Positions 38,412 through 48,700 of a DNA stretch of 64,000 nt are shown here, in pieces. The position numbers and the translations under genes were made by a program. The notes beneath the pieces are model-generated. The model searched no databases. It saw only the letters and a list, made by a program, of their open reading frames with translations, and had not been told where the DNA came from. Source of the DNA: an uncultured Gammaproteobacteria bacterium (GTDB lineage: Bacteria; Patescibacteriota; Microgenomatia; UBA10105; UBA927); NCBI GenBank assembly GCA_964361785.1, contig CAYIBX010000003.1:4769-68768 (forward strand). Reading direction: 5' to 3'. The first letter of the stretch is position 1; each line of letters opens with the position of its first letter.

Positions 38412-40283
38412 TTATGTGACGGTTTCGACGGTAAACACTGGGCGATTGGTTGATGGGGGCGCGGGCACAGCAGGCGCTTGTGGTTCTAGTTTTTTCACTG
38501 CGTCTTGTGGTTTGGTGGTGGCCAGCGCGTGTTCTTCTGGGCTTGCCACCACTCTCATGGCAGCATGTGCGGGACCAGCAAAAAACAATCCTTGTCCAAC
38601 GTCTGACGAGAGGAGAAGATGTTTTTCTCCTTCGGACAAGAAAAACACGTCTGCTATTTTTTCTATCGCCGCGGTTGATTGCTTTAGGAGTATCTGCATG
38701 CTGCTGTTTTGGATGATCGCGGTGCCCATGTCTGTGCCCAAGAAATCTTCGACATCTTGTGTAATTGTGGTCATCCCAAGAAAGTATTTGCGCGCGCGCT
38801 TAGCGATGCTATAGAGAAACGTAGCCGAGTCTTGATACTTCATAAGATACCACGCCTCGTCTACGATAAGAAGCCGACGTCTCTTATCGTGTCTAATTTT
38901 GTTCCAGATAAAGTCCAAGATGAGAAACATGGCAATGGGCCGTAATTCGTCTTCAAGATCGCGTATAGAGAAGACAGTAAGCTGATTGCGTATAGCGACA
39001 TTTGTTTGCTGATCAAAGATGCCCACTAAACTTCCTCGGACAAATTTTTCTATGCGGTCAGCTAACCCCTTGGCGAGGGCTTCTTCCATGCCAACGAGCG
39101 TTTTATATAGGTCTTCCATCAGCGGCGGCTCCTTACTGTGGGTTTCAGGATCAGGAGTAATGCCTTTTTGTTTATAGGTTAAAATGAGCGCGCGATCCAA
39201 AAGCGCATCTTCAGAGGGCGTTAATTTTCCCATAACGACACGGAAGAATCCGTGAAGTGATAGTATTTTTTGGCTCAGTTCCCCAGCGTTTGCGTCTTGC
39301 CCCGCAAGAAGCGCTAAATCAAACGGATTTATTTTTGTTTCCGATCCGAAACGGAAGCGCACATACTCGCCGCCCATCGCAAAGGTAAGCGCTTCGTATT
39401 CATTTTCAGGATCAAGAATTATAACTTCCGTGTCAAACATCATTGATCGCATGATTTCAAGCTTAATCATAAAACTTTTACCGCTACCAGACTTACCAAA
39501 AACAACCGCGTTTGCATTCTCTAAAGTGAAGCGATCAAAGATAATTAACGAATCATTGTGCTCGTTTAGCCCATATAATATTCCTTCGTTGGCGGTAAGT
39601 TCTGAAGTGGTAAACGGAAAAGTTGTAGCGAGTGACGTTGTGTCCATGTTTCGTGTGACCATGAGCCTATCTTTACCCATAGGGAGGGTTGTTTTAAATC
39701 CCTCTTCCATCTGAAGTACCGCCTTTTTAGTGACGATAAGAAGTGATCCCAAAGTTGCCTCTACTTGGTTGGTGGTTTTATCAAGGTCTTCTTTAGATTT
39801 TGCCGGTATCGTGACGTAGAGTGCAAATTGGAAAAATCGTTCTGACCCCTTTGCTAATTCTTGTTGAAGCCCCAAGGCATCTTCAAGCGCCACCTGAATG
39901 GAAGGCTCTATCACGCGACCGCGTTTAAGATCTGATTGTATGGTGGCTTCCATTTCTCCCACCTTGCGTTTTAAACTTTCAAGCACTTCTTCTGATCGAG
40001 TGGGGTAGATGTACATAGAAATGTTTAGCGTATGGTTAAATGATATAAGAGGCTCTAACCAATTAGCAGAAACAAATCGAGGATAGCCAGCAGTAAACAG
40101 TGTTCTGTAGTGCCAATCGCCTATCGTTACATCGTTGAAATCTACCTCAATTGCCGGAGGAGATATGACGTCCAAGATGGAGATTGATTCCTCAGTAGTA
40201 GCAGTGGTGACTGAAATTTTATTGCCAGCTTGGGTTTTTGTAAATGTACCAAGAAGTGATGATAAAAGCGTGTTATTTGACAT
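38412..40283 (-). CDS. virB4: type IV secretion/conjugation ATPase VirB4 (TrbE/PrgJ family)
   Basis: Walker A 'GKSGSGKS', Walker B 'LLIVDEAWYLM' and an N-terminus '...TAGYPRFV' typical of VirB4. The start was moved to 'MSNNTLL'. Confidence 0.85.
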   Translation of the reverse strand: MSNNTLLSSLLGTFTKTQAGNKISVTTATTEESISILDVISPPAIEVDFNDVTIGDWHYRTLFTAGYPRFVSANWLEPLISFNHTLNISMYIYPTRSEEVLESLKRKVGEMEATIQSDLKRGRVIEPSIQVALEDALGLQQELAKGSERFFQFALYVTIPAKSKEDLDKTTNQVEATLGSLLIVTKKAVLQMEEGFKTTLPMGKDRLMVTRNMDTTSLATTFPFTTSELTANEGILYGLNEHNDSLIIFDRFTLENANAVVFGKSGSGKSFMIKLEIMRSMMFDTEVIILDPENEYEALTFAMGGEYVRFRFGSETKINPFDLALLAGQDANAGELSQKILSLHGFFRVVMGKLTPSEDALLDRALILTYKQKGITPDPETHSKEPPLMEDLYKTLVGMEEALAKGLADRIEKFVRGSLVGIFDQQTNVAIRNQLTVFSIRDLEDELRPIAMFLILDFIWNKIRHDKRRRLLIVDEAWYLMKYQDSATFLYSIAKRARKYFLGMTTITQDVEDFLGTDMGTAIIQNSSMQILLKQSTAAIEKIADVFFLSEGEKHLLLSSDVGQGLFFAGPAHAAMRVVASPEEHALATTKPQDAVKKLEPQAPAVPAPPSTNRPVFTVETVT

Positions 40284-40938
40284 GTGTCTCCTTTTTGATA
40301 ATAAGACGTGATATGTCAGGCGGGGGAGACCCAGCGTTGTATGCAGAAAAGTAGAGCTTGATAAGTTGTTCGGTAGAAAGCTGTGAGGCGCGAAGCCCCA
40401 CACGCGTTAAAAGTCGCACCAAATGATCCTTTTTGGGAATAAGTACTATTTCTGCGCGATCTAAGATGTATTTTTTTTCAAACGGAAGACCTGATTTTTT
40501 TGTATTAAAAAGCGCTGACGCAGAAATTCCAAGTTCCACAGCAGTAAACGGGAGGACGATATAAAATTTTTTATCTAGCACCACCTTTTCTTTGACCATT
40601 GAAGCCACGAATGAACGATAACTATGAATGCTTTTTTGAAGCTTTGGATTTTTTTGAGTTTTTTCTTTTTCTTCAAGAAGCCCTAAGTATGCAGATATGT
40701 CTTTGTGTATGGTTTGGATAATAAGCTGTATGGGAAACGAAAGCGAATTTAAGAGTCCAGCGTAAGAATAGATGATTGCATCTTGCTCCTTTTCTGATAA
40801 TAACCCAAAATTTACGGCAGTTGTTGCTATGACTAGCGCCACTGATCCGTCAGAAAAAAGGATGAGGTCGCGATCCACGTCAGCAATCTCGGTGAAAAGT
40901 TGTGTGGAGGAACGGATGGGTGAGATTGGGTTTGTCAT
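40273..40938 (-). CDS. hypothetical T4SS-associated protein
   Basis: 221-aa ORF with an 11-nt overlap with virB4 and a 4-nt gap from the upstream PrgI-like gene. No transmembrane segment or motif was recognised. Confidence 0.45.
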   Translation of the reverse strand: MTNPISPIRSSTQLFTEIADVDRDLILFSDGSVALVIATTAVNFGLLSEKEQDAIIYSYAGLLNSLSFPIQLIIQTIHKDISAYLGLLEEKEKTQKNPKLQKSIHSYRSFVASMVKEKVVLDKKFYIVLPFTAVELGISASALFNTKKSGLPFEKKYILDRAEIVLIPKKDHLVRLLTRVGLRASQLSTEQLIKLYFSAYNAGSPPPDISRLIIKKETHVK

Positions 40939-40941
40939 ACG

Positions 40942-42189
40942 TTACATTGGTGGTTTACCAAAAATGTCTTGCGCGATTTTATCGCGCGTTACCTGTTTTT
41001 GACTTTTGGCAATTATTTCTAATGCTGGTACTACAGACCCGTTTAGCGTTACCTGCGCGCGATCAAAGGTAAAGCGCCCTCGTGGATCTTCAATTTCTAT
41101 GACATAGACGCCATTTGGTAGTGGTGTGGATGCCGCAAGTTGTCCTAATTTGTTGGTTTTTAACGCTCGCATAGGGATGCCGTCGGCGTTTGTAACCGTA
41201 ATAAGAATGGCAGGAAGAAATCCTCCCGCACCGTCTTTTACGATACCCGTAATGACGTTTGGAACACTGGTAAATCGCGGGATGCCAGCTCGCACCCCCG
41301 CATCTATGGAACTGAAAGGGCGCACAGTAGGCGCGCTGTTTGTGATTGATGCGACAAGGTCTTTTTCTTCTGCATTGGTGGCTTTTTTTGTGGAGGACGT
41401 GTTTTCAATTTGTCTTTTGAGACGGATAAGCTCGTCGTCTGTGTGCGTTTTTTCTTTGAGCACATTGGTCAACTGCGCTTGTAATTCAAGCACACGATCA
41501 TCCGTGACGTTTTTTGTGGAAAGCTGGTTGCGAAGTGCGGCGACTGCCGCTTCTAATTCTTGTATGTGATGGGTGTCTACAGGAGCCTGTGCGGGCCCAG
41601 CCAGGGGCTGGTCAGCCTTTGGCTGAGGTTCAGGTGGTTTTACCCCTGTGACAGACCTCGTCGTTGGCGTTACCCCTTGTGACGGATGAGAAGGGGTCGT
41701 AAAAAATCCCAATACCTGATCGATAAAGGATGTTGGTTTATGTGAGGAGATGATTTTTGGCGTTGCCGTGAGCGATGGTGGCGCATAAATATGTGAGACT
41801 GATGGTTGTGTGGGCGACACGAGAACTGTAACCCCTTGTGTTCCTTGTGGAGGCGTTGTAGGCGGCATTTTTGATATTTTTGGAGCTGCGATAATCGGTG
41901 CGTGACCCTTTTGCCAAATATATTGCGTCGGACTATAAATACTTTTGAAAAAAGAAAATACCCAGACATCCATAGGTCGTTCTTCTATAGGAACAAACGC
42001 AAATCCTACACCGAGTAAGGCAAATCCGGCAGCAAGAGGCCATGTGAAGAAAAAAGGCAAGGGCAACTTGTATGAAATAATTGCCAAGACGCCCCCAGCA
42101 CACAAGTACCCAAATTGCTTTAAGGTCATGTCGCCGACTAAGCGAAATTGAAATGTGGTAACGTTTTGAGGAACTGGATGTTGCTCCAT
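40942..42189 (-). CDS. PrgI/VirB3-like two-TM protein fused to a Pro/Thr-rich linker, a coiled coil and a C-terminal beta-rich domain
   Basis: 'FQFRLVGDMTLKQFGYLCAGGVLAIISYKL' matches the PrgI-family motif (FGLTxRQLxYLxxG). It is followed by two transmembrane helices, a 'PPTTPPQGTQG...' linker and a C-terminal 'VYVIEIEDPRGRFTF'. Confidence 0.55.
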   Translation of the reverse strand: MEQHPVPQNVTTFQFRLVGDMTLKQFGYLCAGGVLAIISYKLPLPFFFTWPLAAGFALLGVGFAFVPIEERPMDVWVFSFFKSIYSPTQYIWQKGHAPIIAAPKISKMPPTTPPQGTQGVTVLVSPTQPSVSHIYAPPSLTATPKIISSHKPTSFIDQVLGFFTTPSHPSQGVTPTTRSVTGVKPPEPQPKADQPLAGPAQAPVDTHHIQELEAAVAALRNQLSTKNVTDDRVLELQAQLTNVLKEKTHTDDELIRLKRQIENTSSTKKATNAEEKDLVASITNSAPTVRPFSSIDAGVRAGIPRFTSVPNVITGIVKDGAGGFLPAILITVTNADGIPMRALKTNKLGQLAASTPLPNGVYVIEIEDPRGRFTFDRAQVTLNGSVVPALEIIAKSQKQVTRDKIAQDIFGKPPM

Positions 42190-42313
42190 ATAACCATTGT
42201 AGGAATGGATGTGACATGTGACAAGGGGCACAAAGCGCATCAGGACCGTGAAAACTCGTATTTTAATGTTTCACGAACACGGAGAATTTTTTCACGTATG
42301 ATAAGATAGATGC

Positions 42314-44488
42314 ATGGAAAAGGGTAATGTTTTGTTGGAAGTTACAAATAGTCGTGACAGCGAAGAAAAACCCCTTGCGATGGAACAGGTGTTTGCAGCA
42401 CTAGGCGGAAAATCCCACATTGGTTTTATAGAATGGCTGATGGGGAAACGTGAACACCATGAATTTATTAGTTTTGAAATCGTTGCAGTAAACAGCCAAG
42501 TTCATTTTTTTGTGGGCGTATCTTTAGAGAAACGCTCGTATATTGAGAGTCAACTTACTGCTCAATATCCAAGAGTAATGTTGACGCCTGTTTCAGATTA
42601 TGCCCAAGCATTTTTTTCGTTGCCCCACGCGACAGGAACTATTGTTTTGTCCAACAGTTTCTACTACCCACTAAAAACGTACAAAGATTTAAAAGACGTG
42701 GATATATTAGCAAGTGTTTTAGGGCAAATCGCAAAATTACCAAAACAGCAAGCAGTTGCTTTGCAGTTATGCATTACGCCCGCTGGAAACAGCTGGCAAC
42801 GGAAGGGAGCAAGCGTGATTGCGGCGGGTGTTCCCGATGCATCATCAACCACGGGACGAACAAAAACTCATCCGCACAGTCGCATTATCGAACAAAAACT
42901 TTCCCAAGTCGGGTTTCTTTCCGCGTTTCGTGTTGTAAGCGTTGGACAAACAGAGACTCAAGCAGACGGGCTGCTTTCAAGTATCGCGGGGACGCTCGGT
43001 GTATATACGCTGGGCGAAGGAAATGCGCTTGTCATTACCAAGCATGCGTTTTGGCAAAAGAAGGCATTTATGAACGGGTTCATTAAGAGAAATGGTCAGG
43101 GTGCTCTAAAGGGTCAAATATTGGGCAACGCAGAATTAGCTTCCGTTTGGCATCCGCCAGGATTAGGACTCTCGATGATAAAAAATATACAATGGGGTGT
43201 GCGCCTTTTGGGTGAACCCCCCGCAAATCTTCCGATTGCTACTGATGATGAGGAGCAACGAAAACATATTAATTTTTTTGCGCGCACAGAATTCAAAAAT
43301 ACGATAACCACGTTTGGTGTTGAGCGGACGGATAGAAGAAAGCATCTCTATATAATCGGAAAAACAGGGACAGGGAAGTCAACCCTCATTGCAAATATGG
43401 CGATTAACGACATGAAAAATGGTGAAGGGGTGGCAGTCATTGATCCGCATGGAGATCTTACAGATATTTTGTTAACATACGTGCCATCACACCGCATTAA
43501 TGATGTCGCATATTTAGACCCTGCTGATATTGAGCACCCGTTTCACTTAAATCCTTTGGAGGTAAAAAATCCAGCATATAGAGATTTGGTGGCATCAGGC
43601 ATAGTCTCGATATTTTATAAGCTGTATCACATGAGTTGGGGGCCCCGCCTTGAATATATTTTACGTAATACTATCTTGACGCTCACACACGTTCCCGACT
43701 CTACATTTTTAGATATTCCGGAACTTCTCACGAATGAAAAATTTCGTATGAAGGTCATAGAAAATCTTGATGACAAAGTGCTCAAGAGTTTTTGGGTAAA
43801 TGAGTTTAATAAATTATCACCTCAACTTCGCAGCGAATCCATCTCACCAATTTTAAATAAAGTGGGGCAATTTTTGTCGTCGCAAACTATACGAAATATT
43901 GTCGGCAAACCGCATTCAACAATTGATCTTGAGAACATGATGAATGAAGGGAAAATTATTCTCGTCAATTTGTCTCAAGGAAAGCTCGGAGAAGATACCA
44001 GCGCCCTTTTGGGAGCCATGCTTATCACTAAAATTCAGTTAGCCGCGATGAATAGAGTGTACATTGAAGAAGAAAGGCGGAGAGATTTTTATTTGTATGT
44101 CGATGAATTTCAAAATTTTGCGACGCAATCATTTATCAAAATTTTATCAGAAGCCAGAAAGTATCGCCTAGATTTAACACTTGCCAATCAGTATGTGGGA
44201 CAAATAGATGAGGAGGTGCAAAAAGCAATTTTTGGCAATGCAGGCTCACTCATTTCATTTTCTGTGGGAGCGGCAGATAGTAGGTTATTATCTCGCGAAT
44301 TTGGAGAACGGTATAAAGAGGATGAATTAGTGTCTCTTGGCAATTATCAGATTGTATTAAAGCTCTCCATTGACAATCAAACATCACCGCCGTTTTCAGC
44401 GACGACCCTGCCGCTTCCGCGATCTGTCAACCAAAACAGAGAGAAAGTAGTGAGGGGCTCTCGCGAGAGGTATACAAAAATGCTTTAG
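42314..44488 (+). CDS. VirD4/TraG/TraD-like type IV coupling-protein ATPase (FtsK/HerA superfamily)
   Basis: Walker A 'IIGKTGTGKSTLIANMA', Walker B 'FYLYVDEFQNFAT' and 'VIDPHGDL'. It is divergent from the virB4 operon. No N-terminal transmembrane segment is evident. Confidence 0.6.
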   Translation: MEKGNVLLEVTNSRDSEEKPLAMEQVFAALGGKSHIGFIEWLMGKREHHEFISFEIVAVNSQVHFFVGVSLEKRSYIESQLTAQYPRVMLTPVSDYAQAFFSLPHATGTIVLSNSFYYPLKTYKDLKDVDILASVLGQIAKLPKQQAVALQLCITPAGNSWQRKGASVIAAGVPDASSTTGRTKTHPHSRIIEQKLSQVGFLSAFRVVSVGQTETQADGLLSSIAGTLGVYTLGEGNALVITKHAFWQKKAFMNGFIKRNGQGALKGQILGNAELASVWHPPGLGLSMIKNIQWGVRLLGEPPANLPIATDDEEQRKHINFFARTEFKNTITTFGVERTDRRKHLYIIGKTGTGKSTLIANMAINDMKNGEGVAVIDPHGDLTDILLTYVPSHRINDVAYLDPADIEHPFHLNPLEVKNPAYRDLVASGIVSIFYKLYHMSWGPRLEYILRNTILTLTHVPDSTFLDIPELLTNEKFRMKVIENLDDKVLKSFWVNEFNKLSPQLRSESISPILNKVGQFLSSQTIRNIVGKPHSTIDLENMMNEGKIILVNLSQGKLGEDTSALLGAMLITKIQLAAMNRVYIEEERRRDFYLYVDEFQNFATQSFIKILSEARKYRLDLTLANQYVGQIDEEVQKAIFGNAGSLISFSVGAADSRLLSREFGERYKEDELVSLGNYQIVLKLSIDNQTSPPFSATTLPLPRSVNQNREKVVRGSRERYTKML

Positions 44489-44751
44489 TACACCTGATTA
44501 TGCGTTCCGATGTCATAGAATATGACAATATCAGAGCGGTCGCGCTCAAAAATGATGCGTATATCTCCTGTAACAGAGAATGATCACAAATCCCCCTTTG
44601 TTCCTTTAAGGTGATGAACACGAAGCAACGGGTGGCTGGCGTTGTTGAGGAAGAGCTGGATACGACGGTTGACGCGCTTAGAAAGTTGTGAGTCGTGCTG
44701 GATTCTTTGGCGATAGGCCTTGCGGTACCGCGGGTGCAGATGAATAATCAT
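44485..44751 (-). pseudogene. RelE/ParE-family toxin interrupted by an in-frame TGA
   Basis: Not in the ORF track. The minus-strand translation is MIIHLHPRYRKAYRQRIQHDSQLSKRVNRRIQLFLNNASHPLLRVHHLKGTKGDL-[TGA]-SFSVTGDIRIIFERDRSDIVIFYDIGTHNQVY, giving 88 aa in total with a RelE/ParE-like C-terminus. The ATG overlaps the antitoxin stop (ATGA). Confidence 0.6.
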
Positions 44752-45032
44752 GTATTAAGATAGCGCATCATGTCTTTTACGTTGGTAAATTCCTTCGTTT
44801 TTACTTTTTTGGACTTAATTTCATCAATCATTTTGTTATAGCGATGGATCGCGCGTGTAGAAAGTTGAATTTTTGGAGGCTCAAACGTCACGCGGTGTAT
44901 TCCCGTTGCCATGCCAGAGAGAAACACCCTCACCGCTTCTTGTAAAGAAGAAAAACCTTGAGAGCGAACTGCGATAGTCGCGTCGTCACGCAATTTTCTA
45001 TTCATAGGAACCTGAAGGATTGTGTTGTTCAT
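44748..45032 (-). CDS. RelB/DinJ-like ribbon-helix-helix antitoxin
   Basis: 'LRDDATIAVRSQGFSSLQEAVRVFLSGMA' resembles RelB/DinJ, and the gene is coupled to the downstream RelE-like ORF. Confidence 0.6.
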   Translation of the reverse strand: MNNTILQVPMNRKLRDDATIAVRSQGFSSLQEAVRVFLSGMATGIHRVTFEPPKIQLSTRAIHRYNKMIDEIKSKKVKTKEFTNVKDMMRYLNT

Positions 45033-45097
45033 ATAATATAATTATAACAGTTTGGTAGTGGATGTCAACGCAGTGGAATTGGTATAATACGTTTTGT

Positions 45098-45661
45098 ATG
45101 AACATCGTATTGTTTGGGGGCGCGTTTAACCCGCCGCATTTAGGGCATCTTCAGATAGCACAACAAGTGTTGGATTTTACTCCCACTGACCAGGTGTGGC
45201 TTCTTTCCAATTACGGACAAATACCACCCAAAACGGATATGGCATCAGCCAGTGATCGTCTCGCTATGACAAAAATGCTTGAGACGAAACGGATAAAAAT
45301 ATGTGATCTTGAGATTGTGCACAAACTCTCTGGAGACACGATTGAGCTTCTTACGTTTTTACCACCAGAGCATGTGTATCACTTTTTAATTGGGAGCGAT
45401 TGGATTTCACGAATGGATGAGTGGGGCGACTGGAGGGCGCTTCTTAATAAATTGCCTTTCTATGTTTTCCCAAGACAAGGATATTCGTATGCGCCATTGC
45501 CAAGTGGAATGACGGTGGTTTCTGATCCGCTTCTTACCGTAACAGATATTTCATCAACCAAAATTAGAGAACGTGTAAAACGAGGATTGCCCATCGATAC
45601 ATTTGTCCCTTTGGGAATAGAGGAGTACATGAAAAAGCATAGATTATATTTACCTCGCTGA
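45098..45661 (+). CDS. nadD: nicotinate-nucleotide adenylyltransferase
   Basis: 'LFGGAFNPPHLGHL' is the (H/T)xGH nucleotidyltransferase motif. The start was chosen downstream of a TATAAT box. Confidence 0.8.
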   Translation: MNIVLFGGAFNPPHLGHLQIAQQVLDFTPTDQVWLLSNYGQIPPKTDMASASDRLAMTKMLETKRIKICDLEIVHKLSGDTIELLTFLPPEHVYHFLIGSDWISRMDEWGDWRALLNKLPFYVFPRQGYSYAPLPSGMTVVSDPLLTVTDISSTKIRERVKRGLPIDTFVPLGIEEYMKKHRLYLPR

Positions 45662-45705
45662 CACCTCGTCTTGTATGCACTTTCTTTAAAGGATAGAATA
45701 AATAC

Positions 45706-48700
45706 ATGGCAGGAGAAGAATTATCCAGAAGAATTGCTGAGGCTGCGAAAAAAGCAGCAGAGCAAGCTACGCAACAAAAGGCTGAGCAGCCACAACCTGT
45801 CGAAAACGCTCCCACAGAAAATGCAGCACCAAACGATGTGCATGAAGTACCTGCCGAGCGCATGGTTGAATTTACCAATAAAGTGACACAAGGTGTGCCA
45901 GAAGCTGCGCAAAAAATAATTGGAGCAGGTGAGTATCCCAAAGATGAGCGCGTGTTTTCTATCGTCGAGTCGCTTCTTGTGGCAGACGAGGCGATGCTTT
46001 CAGACAGCGCATACATGCGTACGATTGGAGAGAAACTAGCGACCGTTGTAAACGAGACAGGATACTTTAGCGACACAGGGGTTGAAGCACGTAAATATCT
46101 TAATCGTATTATTGCAGAAAATCCAAGTTTGGAGGATCTGCGTTTACGAGCCATGCCGGAGGTTTCTGGAGTATCTGGGTTACAAGATCAACCCGAAGAA
46201 TTATCAGGGGTCACTGACCCAGAGTATAAAGAAGTAGTTAAACAGCTTTACGACGAGCCAAACGAATCAATTCTTAAGGACACTTCTATTGGGAAAGAAC
46301 TGCAGAATTTGCAGTTTAGGTTAGAAGTTGATCCTAATTCCTTGTTTCGCGATCAGCACATGATTGACGGTGTGGTGACGCGGATGGTGATAGCGGGGCA
46401 GAAAGATGGCCTTGACGCGAAAATTGTACGTGAAGGGGTGAATAGAGCACGGGCGCTTGAAGCATGGGTGGGTGAGAGGTTGGAGGCGGAAGATACGCGA
46501 GGCATTATCAGATGGTCAGAAGTGAAAAATGATGCACCTAAAGGGGTTGAGCATGTTGATAATCAAGCATTTATGTTTCGAGACATTACTAAAGATGAAA
46601 TAGATAAGTATTTCAAACGAGGCGCCGAGGGAGAAGCAGACTGGTACTTTAACTTTATAGATCAAATTTATTCATTGGGGAGAGAAGAGTCGCGACCCGG
46701 CTTAACGCACGAGCAGCGTTTTCAAGAGTTTAAAGATTATCTAGTGTGGAAGTATGGCGACGAGTATCATTTGGCAGTCCAGCTGTATCAAAAACATTGG
46801 GACAGCCGTGGTCAGTTTGAGTACGCGGTAAAAGGCTTGATGTATAACCCTGGTGACGTAAAAGATCGTTTGAAAGCCATGTCGCTTTTGACTGGCGCAG
46901 ACCTAGACCATTTATACAAAAATTTTAATAACTCAAACGTTGCTTATAGTTTGTACGAAGGCGTCATGTTTGAGACGATGGCAGAAAAGCGTAGAAAGTA
47001 TGGAGAAGCAATTAAATATTTAGGCGAAGAGGTGACGTGGGACAAAAAACATATTAAAAGAGAGGATTTGCTTAAAGAATTAAAGAGTAAACACCGAGAA
47101 GAGGGGTTTGATCCCGAGACGGGCAAAAGGACGCAGAGCTCATTGTCTGTCGAAGACCAAAAGCTCATGTTTGAAATTCAACATCAAAACGATTTGGCGG
47201 CAGAGGGCGTAATGCTTTGGGACGATGACGTGCAAAGTTACACAGAAATGCACATAACGCTTTCCAAGCTACAGACTGAACGTGAGGGTCTTATGAAGAA
47301 AAAAAATTCAGGTGAGCCGCTTTCGGAAAAAGAAATGGATCAACTGCATGAAGTAGATAGGAAATATCAAATATATGCACATCGCGAACACATGCTCAAC
47401 GAAAATTTTACTCAAGAGTTGTTACAGACAAGAGGCTTGTCTCCCGTTGATATAGAAGTTCGCAAACGTCTCACTGAGTACTACAAAAGCACGCATAGTG
47501 GACAAGAACCGCCAGAGTATGAAGTGCGTATGGCGTTGTGGGCCGCTCGTACCGCCATGATTGGGTCAGGACGCATGGCAATGATTGGGTCCATGATGTC
47601 TATAGGGCCTCGTGAGTCTGGATACACATCTTCATCAGGCAAGGACGTTATGCGCGCACCGGCATTTGAAGATTTGCAGCGCATTTTTAATCCGGAAGTG
47701 TTTGCCTCTCGTTTTAGTATTGGTGGCGATTTTGGGAAAGTAGCACGGCAAGTGTTCAGAAAGAATTTGTTAAACACCAAGGGTATAGATGAGAAAAAGC
47801 AGGGATGGCTTAAAAAAACATGGAATGGATTGTTTAGTGGTGGAGAAGAGTCGCACGGGAAATTGAGTTATACGAAAGAATGGGGACATGCTAAAGAGCA
47901 TGAGCACGATGCCGCAAGGCGAGCCGCCATGGAAACAGCAGAATTTGCAGAAGACGCAAGCGGGATATCGTTTAGTGAATTGCTCGGCCCTGGGTTTATG
48001 AACTCGGGAGGATTTTACGATGGTACGGGATGGCGGTTAGAAAAAGGAGTGTTTGATGAATTGCGAAATAAAGTGATGGACATGAGAAAGCTGCCTGAAG
48101 GAGCGACACTTCTGGATAACCAAGCGCTCTCCATTCAGTTGTTGACGGCTAGTAACGCCGAAGAGCGTAGACCAATACTTGATCGGATGCTTAGAAGAAA
48201 CCCATCAAAATTCTTGGAGCTTTTGCAAGAAGATTCAGAAAAAATATTACAAAAGCATAATGTGACGCATGAAGAGTGGGGACAGTTTAAAGAAGCATTA
48301 TCTTTGGCTGAATTAAAGATAGCACATGAAAAAGAATGGCAGTTCGTCAGAATTGATATGGCAGACAAGAAAGATTACGATGCTCTTATTGCTCCATTTT
48401 TAAAAACCTTGGGACTTGAAGATATAGGACGCCAAGAAAATTTACGTCAAGTGTTGGTCGACATGCAGTCGGTACTGTATGAAAAACGAACAGTTGAGAC
48501 TGGAGGCGGGAAGGTGTTTCACACAAAAATGGATGCAGTCGCTGAATTAAAGCTCCCATTGACTATGTCCATGACAGATTTTGATTGGAAGGAAAGTAAC
48601 TTTTATCAATTAGGAACAGTCGCAATGCATCGTAGAATTCGTGATGTAGGATCTCAAATGCGCGCGCGCGACGCAATTTTGGGCATTATATCCAATCAAG

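Noticed and set aside
37443-38814. Plus-strand ORFs of 187, 94, 138 and 88 aa
   Set aside because: They are antisense frames within the 730-aa HExxH protein and virB4 genes, with no ribosome-binding sites.
44584-44586. Alternative genetic code (UGA = Gly, code 25 as in Gracilibacteria or SR1), suggested by the in-frame TGA in the RelE-like gene
   Set aside because: Many long conserved genes in the window (valS, virB4, dnaA, the 1201-aa ORF) are uninterrupted under the standard code, and TGA terminates well-defined genes. Ordinary nonsense mutation or local read-through is more parsimonious.
45564-46154. 196-aa minus-strand ORF
   Set aside because: It is antisense to nadD and to the start of the 1201-aa ORF, and its Ser/Ala/Cys-rich composition is typical of a GC-biased antisense frame.
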